In this document: piece by piece, positions 36,046-47,528 of the stretch
How positions within the stretch are numbered: position 1 is the first letter of the stretch
Layout: each line of letters opens with the position of its first letter
NCBI GenBank assembly: GCA_051942245.1
Contig: JAVECL010000069.1
Span: 1-63,115 of the forward strand
Length of the DNA: 63,115 nucleotides
Direction: 5' to 3'
DNA from: Trypethelium eluteriae
Lineage: Eukaryota
Made by a program: the position numbers and the translations under genes
The notes under the pieces: generated by a model
Databases searched by the model: none
What the model saw: the letters and a program-made list of their open reading frames with translations, nothing else
What the model was told of the DNA's origin: nothing

Positions 36046-38122
36046 CTACCAGGCACCTCCCAAATCAGCTCCACCGGCTTCCTCGTCCTCTCCATTTCCG
36101 TCAGCCTTCCAACCATCATTCCCATTGGACCCAGAATCACCTCCGAAGCCAGCGCCGGCATCAGCACTGGCATTGGGACCGGCGTCAGCACTTGGCAGGC
36201 CTTCAGGGGATTCCTTGTCATCATCGTTGTCGTCGTGCTCGAAGATGAGTTCTCCCTCCGGCATCTTGCTCTGCAAAAAGTCGGGAATTTGCTGATGGCA
36301 TTCCACCAAGATCTTGGTAAGTTCGTCACCGATGTCGTCATTACGATCGTTGTAGAAGGAGGTCGCCATGCCACGATTGCCGATACGAGCAGTGCGGCCG
36401 ATGCGGTGAACGTATTCGTCAATACCACCATGCATTGCAGAAGGCATGTCGTAATTGACAACGTGCATGACATGGGCAATGTCTATACCTCGAGCAGAGA
36501 CGCCGGTGGTGACCATGATTGGCGTATTGCCGAGACGGAAGTTGCGACTGTTCCTTTGTTAGCGTTTGGTCCGATTACTGAAGAGGGTCAGACATACAGT
36601 GCATCTTCGCGCTCACGTTGCGTCCGATCCGAGTGCATCGAGGTGGAGGGCAAACCAGAATTGTAGAGGAAGTCATCCAACAAGTCTGCCATCCGACGAC
36701 TATTGACGAATATCAAGGTACGAGCAGGAGGTAAAGTATAAAGAAGGTCTTTTAGAGCACCCTGTTTCAAATTGTCCTCTACCCAGACGACGCGCTGTTG
36801 AATGAAGCGGTGAGTAGATCCAGCACGACCAACGCGAAGACGAACATAATCGGTGGACATATATTCGTTGGCGAGGATACGGGCATTTTTAGGGAAGGTT
36901 GCAGAGAACATCAAGAACGAATGGTCCTCGTTTGCGTTGGATTCTGGTATAATTAGTCGATTTCGTGACTGCAAGGCTCCCCGGCCAAGACTCACCTCCA
37001 CTTGCCATAATCCTGCCTAGAGATTCTTCCCAGTCATCCTGCACCAATTCGTCCGCCTCGTCAATGACGGTATACCTGAATGAAGTTAGTTCAAACTTCA
37101 GGAGGGCTGCCTAGGTGCACATACTTGAGCCTGTCGAGAGCGATGACGCGAGGTTGATTCATTAAGTCTACCAGGCGGCCTGGAGTTGCCACTAGAAGAT
37201 CACAGCCTTTAAATAAGTCCTCTCGCTGAGGGCCAGTTGGAGCTCCACCGTAGATGCAGCAAGGGCGAAGCATGGTTCTGTAGCAAAGCTTGCGAGCCTC
37301 GTCGAAGATCTGGAGAGCGAGCTCACGGCTAGGGGCGATCACTAGCACAAGAGGCTCAGCTCGAACGCCACTGTTCTTAATGTCCATATGAGCGCTGGAC
37401 GGAGGGCGAGGGGCCGCCAATTTCTTCCATTTTCCCATTAATTTGGAGAGGATGGGAATGAGATAGGCGGCTGTCTTGCCAGATCCTGGGATTTGTTAGC
37501 TCGATATGACTATGAATTGAGCTGATCGTGGTTCAACGCACCAGTTTGAGCGCATGCAATGACGTCTTTACCCTCGATCACGGCTGGGATAACATACGAC
37601 TGCACCGGAGTGGGCGCATCGTATTCGAGCAGGCGAGTGATAGTGTCTAACACGACAGGGTGAAGACCAGCATCCTTAAACTAAGAAGAAGTCAGTCATA
37701 AACAAAGAGCGACAACGACACAGGCTTATACCTACCTCCTTGATAGGATTGACTTTGACTTCGGAAACTTGCGTGACCTCGACCAAGAGTTGTGAAAAGT
37801 TTTCCCCGCCCTTCACTGCGAACTCACGCTGGAAAAGGATCTTCTCAAGCTCAGCATGTACTGGAGGAACATCACCAAACTCTCCGTCCCACTCGTAACG
37901 AGGCGCGTTGGAGGCCCAGGCATGGCTCTCGTCAGCAGCGCCTGTCCCCCCACTAGGCTTATTCATGTATTTCTCGTAGTCATATGCCTTTCGTCCAACC
38001 CATTCTTTCTTTGGCTTGGTTGGTCCAGCGGGCTGATTAGCTGCTGCTGTGTCGTTGGGAAGAGAAGTTTTGCCAAGGGCGTTGGTCATTTCCTCAACGA
38101 CAGTCTGCAAAGTATCGGACAT
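36046..38122 (-). CDS. DEAD-box RNA helicase, Ded1/DDX3/Vasa-like paralog (multi-exon)
   Basis: Q-motif PTPVQ, AQT|GSGKT, PSRELALQI, TPGRL, IDEAD, SAT, HSDRTQRERE, ARGID and YVHRIGRTARIG lie across exons separated by GT-AG introns. Confidence 0.95.
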
Positions 38123-38156
38123 CTTGGCGGATTTAAACGCAGAAATTTGGGGAAGC

Positions 38157-38310
38157 TAGTTCAAATGACGTCAGCTGTGAAGTGAAATGAGGTGAACTGT
38201 CAGTGAAACGCGTTCTCGATGGTGTCAATAGCTCCGAGAGACTATGTAGTAAGGCAGAGGACGCGAAGAGATCGGTGCAGCATTCAACCGAAAATGAGTA
38301 GCACGCTTAC
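38157..38310 (-). other. Probable 5'-UTR intron of the DEAD-box gene
   Basis: GTAAGC donor, GCTGAC branch and TAG acceptor ending about 35 nt upstream of the ATG. Confidence 0.6.
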
Positions 38311-40564
38311 TGAGACCACAGAGGACCACCAGCCGTGAAATGTTCAGTTTTGGAGTTGAAGTGGTTTGAAGGAAGGTTGACGCGCTAAATAAAGCGCTGG
38401 TCAAAGGCTTCAAAGCGTGCAGTGGAGCAGAGGAGTTTACAGAAGGCAGTGGAGGAACCTACATTAGATAGCGAGACAAGTGCTGCCAACGACGCGTTGT
38501 ACCACCGCGGTAGAGAGAGGTTGAAGGTGGAAATGTTGTGAGGCTGAAGTGGGACCCGGCTTTATCCGTGAGGTCTCCCGTTCAAGGTAGCTCTAGCAGC
38601 AAAGACTGCTCACGTGTTTCGAGTACTCGGTGCAAGCTTGACTGCACCGTACCAGACTTACGACGAGCTGTGAAGGAGGAGAAGGAATCGGGATCTAGCT
38701 GTGGCTCTCCTCAACTTCGATGAGACCTAGAGACGAGAGGCAGAAGTTGAGGAAGATGGTAGTCGAGGGGATCAGGCAGGAGCGTCGCAGAAGAGGAGGC
38801 GCTTTCCAGATCAAGTGAAGTTTTGCTGTCATGTGTACGTCATGGTCCATGCAGCCGCGCACTGGCGGCAAAGTTAGAAGTCGCGTATCACGACTGAGCC
38901 AAGGCCAAATCTGTTAGTTAGTATCAACCTCAACCCAGCGGGCATGAGTTATCCCCAACAGCTCTCTCCCACGCACATGATGCTTTGGAAACTCAGGCAA
39001 TATACTACTCCTCGGAGCGAAAAGTCAACGTTATCACCGCGTTAAATGGCCTCGAGAGAAGGATGATCCAATTCCGAGCAATGAGGGTTCGATGCTGATG
39101 GTCCTGTTCGAGTATTGCTATTCTGTAAAGCAGTCAACGACCGTTCAGCAGGGCGATAATACAGCGAAAACAATTTCGATGATGGTCATCAGCCTTCCTG
39201 TTTCTTCTGTTCTTACATACTCCATTCGCAAGATATCCTGTGATCCATTCGCACATTTTCAGGCAATCCTGCGTATGAACAGGGCTGGACCTAGAAATGG
39301 CTGAGCTGAACGAAGTTTATCATTTGCTAGTCCCATGGTAGAAGGACTTCATCCATTACACCACAGACGACCGGAAGACCGTGGCAACGGCAGCATCGAC
39401 AACAACATCGTTTCTAGCGTTACCTTCAGAGACAGGCAATTCGCCATCGGTGTCCCGAGCCCTACCTCCTGTTAGAACACATGTCCAAGACGAGATTGAA
39501 GGTAATGGAACGAGCTATGTATTGGCGTGATGAAAAACCGTAATCGCCTACACTTACGTCCACATAGGAGCTTCTACACTCAACACCAGAGCCTAGGTAC
39601 TTGCTAATTCAAAATCTGACGATCAGAAAGCCAGCTGACCGATATCTCAGCTAGTGTGAGAGGCAAGCCATTGAGCTTCTCTTCACTAGAGATCCGGTGT
39701 CGATAGTGATTTGAGGGTCGCTTTCTGTCATTTTGAGAACTCATCGAAATGCAGGTGGTTGTCGATAGATATTTTCAACATTGAAATAATTGGTGAGAGT
39801 TGTCAGACTTCTTGCTGATCCGGCAAAGAGGGGGTGTCGGTGGGTCGAGGGGCGAATTGGCCAGCAAATAAGGCGGCGATCATCACCCAAGTAGATCCAA
39901 ATAACGGAGTGCTTGGAGATGAGCATCGCTATCACTGAATGAAGTCACAAGGATCATATTGGGAAAGAGGAAAACCACCTGGCTGATCGAGATACTTTCA
40001 GAAAAGCATAGTTGCCGACGCTCATGGTCCTTCAAGAGCTTAGGATATGTAGGATGGCCGCCGGTCGCACTGCGAGTTTGCTGTCCGACACTGGAGACCT
40101 CCACATAACCCACTTCGAGACCGATTAATCCACAGATCCGGTGACGGGTGTACGAAGATATGTTGAAGCCCTCTATCAGTCTTCAACATGCTTCTACTTT
40201 CGCTGGCCTGCTTCTCGGTAACTCTGGCTTGAGATGAGGTCCGAACAAGCTTCGGCAGCGAAAATCAGCTAGCGCGAGCCACAAACTCGTCGGCGCGCGT
40301 TGGTCGTGAGGTGGCGCTGGGCCAACCCCAGCCGGACGTGCCGTGGTGCAGCAGGGCAGGGCTGGAACGTCATAAAACAGGATCACCAGATCTCTGTCCA
40401 GGCGCGCCGACCTGGTGTGCCTGGCAGCGACTTCTCTCACATCTAAAGGTAGGGAGAAGGTGCCATGCACCGCATTTCCGCTTCACGACTTTGACACGGG
40501 AGCGTTACCTCCGTCACCATCGATATTCCTATCTTGTACCCGTCCCTAGAACAGCCCTTCTGTC

Positions 40565-42796
40565 ATGAATGATCCTGGTCTTGACGGGCCTGTAAAAGAG
40601 GCTGCAGAAGCCAACGAAAATGGCTACGGGAACCAGTTCGATTCTATCAATCAGGAAGATCAGCATTTCCTAGACCCAAGGTGCGCCCAGAAAATGCTTA
40701 TAGGTCTACAATCTTCACTCTAACATTCTTAGTCGATGGTGGTTTGCGTCCACTGCATGTCCTCTCATCGCGGGCACGTTCGGCCCCATCGCTAATGCTC
40801 TTAGCATCTGTGCGCTCGTGGAAAATTGGAGAGTCTATATTCCACCAGGAAGCTCTGAAGGATATGGCGTGGATATACGTGATCCTGCTTGGTGCGAGAA
40901 TACCCTCGCCGTTGTTGATTGCTCAACACACATGATTTACATGATGATAGGCTTATTGCCATTAATGCCATCTCTCTGGCGGCTGCACTGGTAGCAAACT
41001 TCACCCTTCTACTCAACATGGCTCAACGAGTCCGGTTTGAGATCGCCCAGCCCATCACCATCGTTGGCTTCTTCCTCTCTGGACTTCTTCTGATCGCACT
41101 TCTGATTGCTTCCTCGACAGATGCCTTCCGACTGCAACCACCGTCGCAACATGCTCTCACGCAAGCCTTCTATTACGCAATCATGGCAGCCATAAATTAC
41201 ATGGGCGTGACATTTGTAATGTGTATTACTGTCTATGGCGCCCGTGCAGGAAAGTACAGGACAGGATTCAGACTTACGCCACCTCAAAGGACGCTTATGC
41301 TTCAAACAATATTCTTCCTAGTATATCTTCTGCTTGGTGCTTTGGTCTACTCGTATGTTGAAAACTGGGGTTTCCTTGATGCCGTGTTCTGGGCCGACTT
41401 CACATTACTTACCGTTGGGATTGGGGACAATTTTGTCCCTTTGACCCACACAGGAAGATCTCTACTCTTTCCGTATGCTATCGGTGGCATCGTCATGCTC
41501 GGTCTTGTTGTCGGATCCATTCGTTCGCTCGTCTTAGAAAGAGGCAAGCAGAAGATGCAAGCGCGCATGACAGAGAAGAAAAGAGAGCACGCCTTACGGA
41601 GTGTCGATCTCGAAAATCAAACCATCAGAATTGATTGGTTCCATGCTCTGACATTCTCTAAGAAAGGAAAAACAGAATCGGAACTGAGGGAACAAGAGTT
41701 CAAAGTCATGCGAAAGATCCAGTACAGCGCCGAGTCCCGACGCAGGTGGATGTCTCTCGGAATTTCTCTGACCGCGGCCTTTACCCTTTGGTTTGTCGGT
41801 GCCGTTGTCTTCTGGAAGTCGGAGAGGCCTCAGCAATGGAGCTACTTTGTCTCCTTATATTTTGCATACACATCTTTGTTGACCATTGGGTATGGAGATT
41901 TCATTCCAATGAGCAACGCCGGGAAAGCGTTTTTCGTCTACTGGTCTCTTTTGGCCGTACCTACTTTGACTATCCTAATTAGTAATATGGGTGACACGGT
42001 TGTCAAAGGCTTCAGTCAAGCGTCGGATTGGCTCGGTGCTGTCACCGTCCTCCCCGAAGATAACGGATTCAAAGCAACTTTCAAGTCTTCCATTGCCAAA
42101 ATCGTCCAATTCAGAGTCTTCAGAAATGTCGACATTACCATCGATGGCCGCGCTGCCTCCGGCGACCCATCCGCTCAAGAAGAAAAGGCCCTTCGCCGCC
42201 AATGCAACACTGCTGAGATCATCTCGGACAAGATTGCCAAGCACCTCGAAAGCGAAGAGCTGAAGGAAGCCGCTCGTGCTGAGTCCCACGGTGACCTTCT
42301 GGACCGCGACATCCACTTCTACCACTTCGTCCTTGCCAAGGAGATTCGGCACCTAATGCAGGACCTGCAGGTCTCCCCACCCAAAGAATACTCGTACGGT
42401 GAGTGGGCGTACTACCTCAAGCTGATGGGGCAGGACGAGAACGACCCGAGCTTGCATCGCGCACCGCGGGCGCAGGTGGAGCGGACAGAGGGAGTGGCGG
42501 AGGCCCAGCTGGTGCCGGACCCGGACGCGCATGGTGGTATGCGAATGAAGCCTTGGTCGTGGTTGGGGAACAGAAGCCCGCTAATGGGGGATAAGGTGGA
42601 GGCGCAATGGATTTTAGAGCGGTTGAGCGCGACGCTCGAGCATGAGCTGAAGCGGATGCGGAGCCGAGATGAGAGAGTACGCCGGAGGCCGCCGCCAATC
42701 TCGATGTCGGATCTGGTGCAAGGGCCGGAGAGGTTGAGTAGTGGGGAATCGCCACCGGGAGAAGAGGCGGCAAGAGTGCGTGAAAAACATGAGTAA
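40565..42796 (+). CDS. TOK1: TOK-type two-pore outward-rectifier potassium channel (3 exons)
   Basis: MNDPGLD..RWWFASTACPLIAGTFGP N-terminus, two pore loops (TLLTVGIGD and SLLTIGYGD) and an 8-TM layout. Introns lie at about 40681-40732 and 40892-40950. Confidence 0.92.
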
Positions 42797-43425
42797 CGCA
42801 AACGACTGTTCTAAATCTCAATGCACCTGTACAAATCTTGGATACGTTGGATGGTCGTTGTCTCAATCTTTAGGATACCCTGCTTTGCATGAAGTTGCAT
42901 TTGATTGTTCTCCTTTCCCTTCTAGTTGCCGAGCACGTTGGACAGTCATTGGCCATTTCCGTTCTCGCACCTCCGGCAAGTCAAGGGACTCAGTTGCTTC
43001 GTTTGCAGATATTGTTTGCTGAGCTTCTCCAGTAGATATAAGCATGCGACTTGCAGCATTCCCCCGACGACTTCGATCGTGACTTTGGCATTCACCATTC
43101 ATACCACACGACTTTCTTGATCAGGAAATCCGACTGCCAGTCGCTGAACCCAGATTCACCTTTTCAATGACCAGAACATGTTTTGTTGTCAGCTTCCGCT
43201 TCCTCATCAAAGCATTTGCTTCTTCTGTCATGGCTCGCCTGATGTGTCAGTCTCGTGGTGTGTATTACCTTGGTACGTATATGTCCAATGCATCATATGT
43301 ATATGTATATAACAACGTCCTCTCTGCTGGGACGCTTGTGAGTCTCGAAATCCTTTTTACAAGCCCGAACTGCCTTGATCCCAACCTCATTGCGTTCGAC
43401 TACCTCTAAGAGTCAGCTTGGAGCA

Positions 43426-44856
43426 ATGAACTTCGCCTGTGGCTTCCGTATGCCTTCGAAGAAACGCAAGATAAATCGACGCAGTCATACAACTCACCAT
43501 GCCTGGGAGGATGAGTCGCAGGGTCTGAAAGAGCGTCCACGGGCTGGGGTGCCTGCTGTTGCGAATGCAATAGCATCTTCCGTAGCAGCCTTCAGTCACT
43601 GGACAGAGTGGCCAAGACACGAGCAAGATATCCACCCAGCGCATAGGGTCAAGCCGAGCTCATCCATGGCAACTCAGTCATCCTTCCAGACGACAAACAG
43701 TAGCGACAGCACCGGCGGTACCAGCGCAACCGTCGCAGCTCCATTACTCCCGGAACGCAAGCGCACCGTCCAGTCTCCGGAACGAGTCTCGCCTCCACCC
43801 GTTCATCCCGCCATCCGGCCGCTACATCGAGGTCGTTCGACCCCAACCCCGACTGCTCGATACATCCCCATCTCGACCATGTACTCCTCCCCTGGTCTCA
43901 AAGTCGGCCAGCCTCTTCCACCTGTCCCTGAGGCCTCCTCTATCACCGATCCTCACTCTACAAGCTTGCCTTACGTGAATCCTGCCTACGCCGCCTTCCA
44001 CGCTCGCCGCGAAGGGAAAGCACTTGAGTACGGGGATACGAGCACGGAAATCCTTTGTGAACCAGACGAGGACCAACTGACCATCGTCTCTGAATCGGAC
44101 TTTAATCCAGGAAGTATAATCGTACAGCATCCGTCCAGAGAGGAAGAGCAAGAGCGACGGGTTAGCGTGCTCCGTAGACCACCTGGGCCACGTATTGCAC
44201 GACTTCCTAATCAAGATGTAGACTGGGAAACCCTCCAGATGAAACCTCTCCCTCCATATCCTCTGTCAGCCCGCAATCTCGCAACTGTTCCATGTGGGGA
44301 GCCTCTCATCGCGCCCGCGTTTGATCCGCAAAATCCACCAAAACGTAGCGAGGTAGAAGGCCTTCGTTATTTGAACGAGGAATATGCACTCTACTGGGAA
44401 CAGCCGGATGTCGGAGCGCCAGTGCGGCCACAAAGACGGGCAAGTGTGGAGTGGGGGAAGCGACAAGATCGGTTGAGGAGGGTGCTTGCCGGAGAACGAG
44501 AACAGCGGACACCGCCTGGACGGAGGGTGCGAAGGAGCTGGTCAGATTGGGTACTGGACCGACGATCGCAAGTGGCTGACCAAATGGTCGAGGAAGAAGA
44601 TGAGCGCGAGGAGCCCATAATCTTGCAGCCGACTGTATATGTGCCACCGACATCGAAGCAGAAGGGGAAGGCCCCCATTCGGAGCCGGGAGGAGAGCCTG
44701 GCCAGTGAGCCCGACTGGCCGCTGCCGTCGCCATTGCCCCGTATCCCCCCGCCGTCGCCGTTGTTGCCTCCTCCACTAACAGCACGAAAGAGTCCAGTGG
44801 AGGAATTTGAGCGGAGGAAATCAGACTCGAAGGGTTCAAAGTCTGGAGAAGCGTGA
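43426..44856 (+). CDS. Hypothetical Pro/Arg/Ser-rich disordered protein
   Basis: Uninterrupted ORF of about 476 codons with coding-like composition and no recognisable domain. Confidence 0.7.
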   Translation: MNFACGFRMPSKKRKINRRSHTTHHAWEDESQGLKERPRAGVPAVANAIASSVAAFSHWTEWPRHEQDIHPAHRVKPSSSMATQSSFQTTNSSDSTGGTSATVAAPLLPERKRTVQSPERVSPPPVHPAIRPLHRGRSTPTPTARYIPISTMYSSPGLKVGQPLPPVPEASSITDPHSTSLPYVNPAYAAFHARREGKALEYGDTSTEILCEPDEDQLTIVSESDFNPGSIIVQHPSREEEQERRVSVLRRPPGPRIARLPNQDVDWETLQMKPLPPYPLSARNLATVPCGEPLIAPAFDPQNPPKRSEVEGLRYLNEEYALYWEQPDVGAPVRPQRRASVEWGKRQDRLRRVLAGEREQRTPPGRRVRRSWSDWVLDRRSQVADQMVEEEDEREEPIILQPTVYVPPTSKQKGKAPIRSREESLASEPDWPLPSPLPRIPPPSPLLPPPLTARKSPVEEFERRKSDSKGSKSGEA

Positions 44857-46210
44857 ATGATACGAGTATTGAGGCTTTCTAACGGCTTCCTTGCTACGGC
44901 TACCAGCTGGAGCGGGTTCGAATGTATCGAATTCTTTATGTTCCGTATTTCTTCGCATCTTGTCCGAGCAACGCAAGTACCTGCAGGATTTTGTCGGGGA
45001 ATAGAGGTGAGCGTGATACACTAGGTACACAATTCTGAGAGGAGATTTCTGTGTCCCATACACCACTGTGATTAGACTTTTGTAGAAAATGTAGACTTAC
45101 CAATTTCAGAGACGATGCTTGCTTATCGTACTTTCGAGGGTGAAAGTTAAACTCGCTCCCTGCAGTCACTTAATACGATAAGCCGGGTGAGCCAAAGATC
45201 GTCGGCACTGTGTAGTCAGTAAGTTCTCTCCATCAATGATTCCTTGATCCTCCCCAAGTAAACCCCATACATCGCGCCTTGAAATTGATTTTTCACGGTG
45301 ATCAGACCACAGTAATCCCCTGCGTGAGTATCTGAAAATACTCTCTGAAGGCTGAAGCCCTGACTGCAGCTTTCTGACATAGGAGATAAGCGAGAACTCG
45401 ATGCGGCGATCATAACATAACTTGGTCGACTTTCAACGGGACTGCACTTCCACCATCAATCTGCATTATATGATTAGCTAGGCTGCTCAGCATATTCAGA
45501 TTGGCGCTCAGCCGGAGGGATAAGGCCGTGAGGACGTCTCTCAATACATTAGACGATCAGGATCCCCTCTCAATTAGCTTAAATTTCTTCGGTCTTGTGA
45601 GAATCTTCTTGAAGGCCCCAGCTATGATCTACCCTAGCCGTCAGGTGGACCGTGTAGGGGCAGGGGGATTCCTTTGCTGTATGATAAGTGTCTTGGAAAA
45701 GAAAACAGATATTTTCAGTACTGACGCGTTTCGAGAAATATACAAAAGAATCTTCCACAAGCAGTCTCATACGTGTTTTATCCTCGATTCCTGCAACCAA
45801 GTCACGCGTGTGAAGTGGCTTGAGACATCAAAAACTTCGGGGACCTTTTGCACGGGCCGAGAGTGCGTGTCAAATCATAGTATACAGCGCTAGGAAGGAT
45901 AGACAAAGTAAGTCTTCTGCTGTGAGCAAATGTCCCTGGATCTTCAGGACATTAACCTGAGTTGAACGCCTTATTTCCAGAACAAGGAGTGGATCTTGGA
46001 CGGTTCTTCTAGTTCCTATATCAGGAACAGTTCATACATAACGCATTCTCCTTTCTGCTACGATGGACGTTATCCCGAGGATCTTCGTCTGAGAGTTATT
46101 TCTCCTGGAGACAATCTCCAGTAAATTTGAGGACCTTTGAAGTTTCTTCTTCTCATTCATATTCCACACATGCAGGATACCGATCTTCTCGAAGGCGATT
46201 AAGGGAAGTT

Positions 46211-47308
46211 CTAGCCTCTGCGAGGGCCATCCCAACCCCAGGCTGACTTGATCCTGTCCCCAAGGGTTTCTCGACCCTGCTCTCTTCTCTCCTCACGTTG
46301 CCTCCTCTCCTCTTCATAAACGGGCAGAATTCTTTTCAAATAGCCCTCACTCGCAGCCATCTCGGCCGATATTGCTTGTACTTCGAGAGCTTTTTCCTCG
46401 GGACTCTTATCCTTCAGCCTCTCTAAAACCACGGCCTGCTTCTCTGCGCTCAAATCTTTGAACGTTAAAGGCATTCCATTTTCCCTCGTTCCAACCTGCG
46501 TCTGTTCCGCTATTCCGATGGCCTTCATCCTCACTTTCAGCGCATCCGCGAAACCCCCCTTGCTTAGGCTCTCTTGTGCCTCTTCCACCGGCCCAGTCGA
46601 AACTGCACTTTGCACCTCTTCACCCGCTTTCTTACGCTCCTCGTCCCGCCTTTCCTGTTCCATCATCCTGTGATATAGTGTATCCGCATGCATTTGAATC
46701 CTCTCCTCCTCGTCCGCACTTCGCTCCACGCCACTCAGATAACCCAATGCCCTCAAGAATTTTCCTTGCGTTGTGTAACATCTATCCATGGCCCTGTTCT
46801 GAGTACGACACATCGTCGACACGTCAGACCAGGACCCGTGGAGGTAGCATTCCGTTACCGCGATCTGCTCGTTTGCGCAGTTCTCGAGAGCCGCCTTTGA
46901 GATGGCGACTTTGCGGATTTTGTAGGTATCGACAATATCTTGGACTTTCTCTTGCGGCGTTTTCACGGAGTTTTCCAGCTCAGCTTGCGGGCGATAGGTC
47001 TTCCAGAGGTGGGCATATCGACCGTCTTGGAAGAGGGATTCTGGTGGAACATGAGGTTTGTCGGAGTCGGAAGGCTGAGTAGAGGCGGTGTTGGTAGAAT
47101 TGGAGGATGCTTTAGAAGGGGCAGATAGCTGATCGGTATAGGAAGGTCTCTCTGACTCTTGATTGTTGGGTTTGGATACGGTTTTCGGGGTTTCTCGTTC
47201 CAGGTATTTGCGTAGGTTTGGGTCGAGACTACCGACTGGGTCCTGAGACCCGACTGAAGAGCGTCCCTTCTCTTTTGAGGAGCCCCAGAGCCAGTCGCTC
47301 CAGCTCAT
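46211..47308 (-). CDS. Conserved fungal protein with a twin CX9C motif (candidate mitochondrial intermembrane-space protein)
   Basis: CANEQIAVTEC and CRTQNRAMDRC, with conserved-looking blocks DGRYAHLWKTY and EERIQMHAD. Confidence 0.8.
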   Translation of the reverse strand: MSWSDWLWGSSKEKGRSSVGSQDPVGSLDPNLRKYLERETPKTVSKPNNQESERPSYTDQLSAPSKASSNSTNTASTQPSDSDKPHVPPESLFQDGRYAHLWKTYRPQAELENSVKTPQEKVQDIVDTYKIRKVAISKAALENCANEQIAVTECYLHGSWSDVSTMCRTQNRAMDRCYTTQGKFLRALGYLSGVERSADEEERIQMHADTLYHRMMEQERRDEERKKAGEEVQSAVSTGPVEEAQESLSKGGFADALKVRMKAIGIAEQTQVGTRENGMPLTFKDLSAEKQAVVLERLKDKSPEEKALEVQAISAEMAASEGYLKRILPVYEEERRQREERREQGRETLGDRIKSAWGWDGPRRG

Positions 47309-47528
47309 AGTTCCAGTGACTGCCTTATGAGGCGAAGAGTGGTAAAGATAGTAAGGGGGCCCATTGACGCGGGCCCCAATGAACATTTACTGCCAAGCCC
47401 TTGCAAAGGCCGCTTCCCCCGCCAGAACTTCGGACTATTATGCTCTATGCGACGCGTCTTCCACTCGAAACAACGCGTCCTCCAGCCTTCGCGTAGGACC
47501 ACAATTCGCGCGCTCAGTCGAATGCAAA
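47309..47528. promoter_or_regulatory. 220-bp bidirectional promoter with MCB (ACGCGT) boxes
   Basis: ACGCGT at 47452-47457 and 47473-47478, plus further CGCG cores near 47368, 47490 and 47507, between head-to-head ATGs. Confidence 0.6.

Noticed and set aside
44900..46200. Short ORFs including 45501-45893 (130 aa)
   Set aside because: No ATG-led coherent gene model, motifs or consistent splice pattern.
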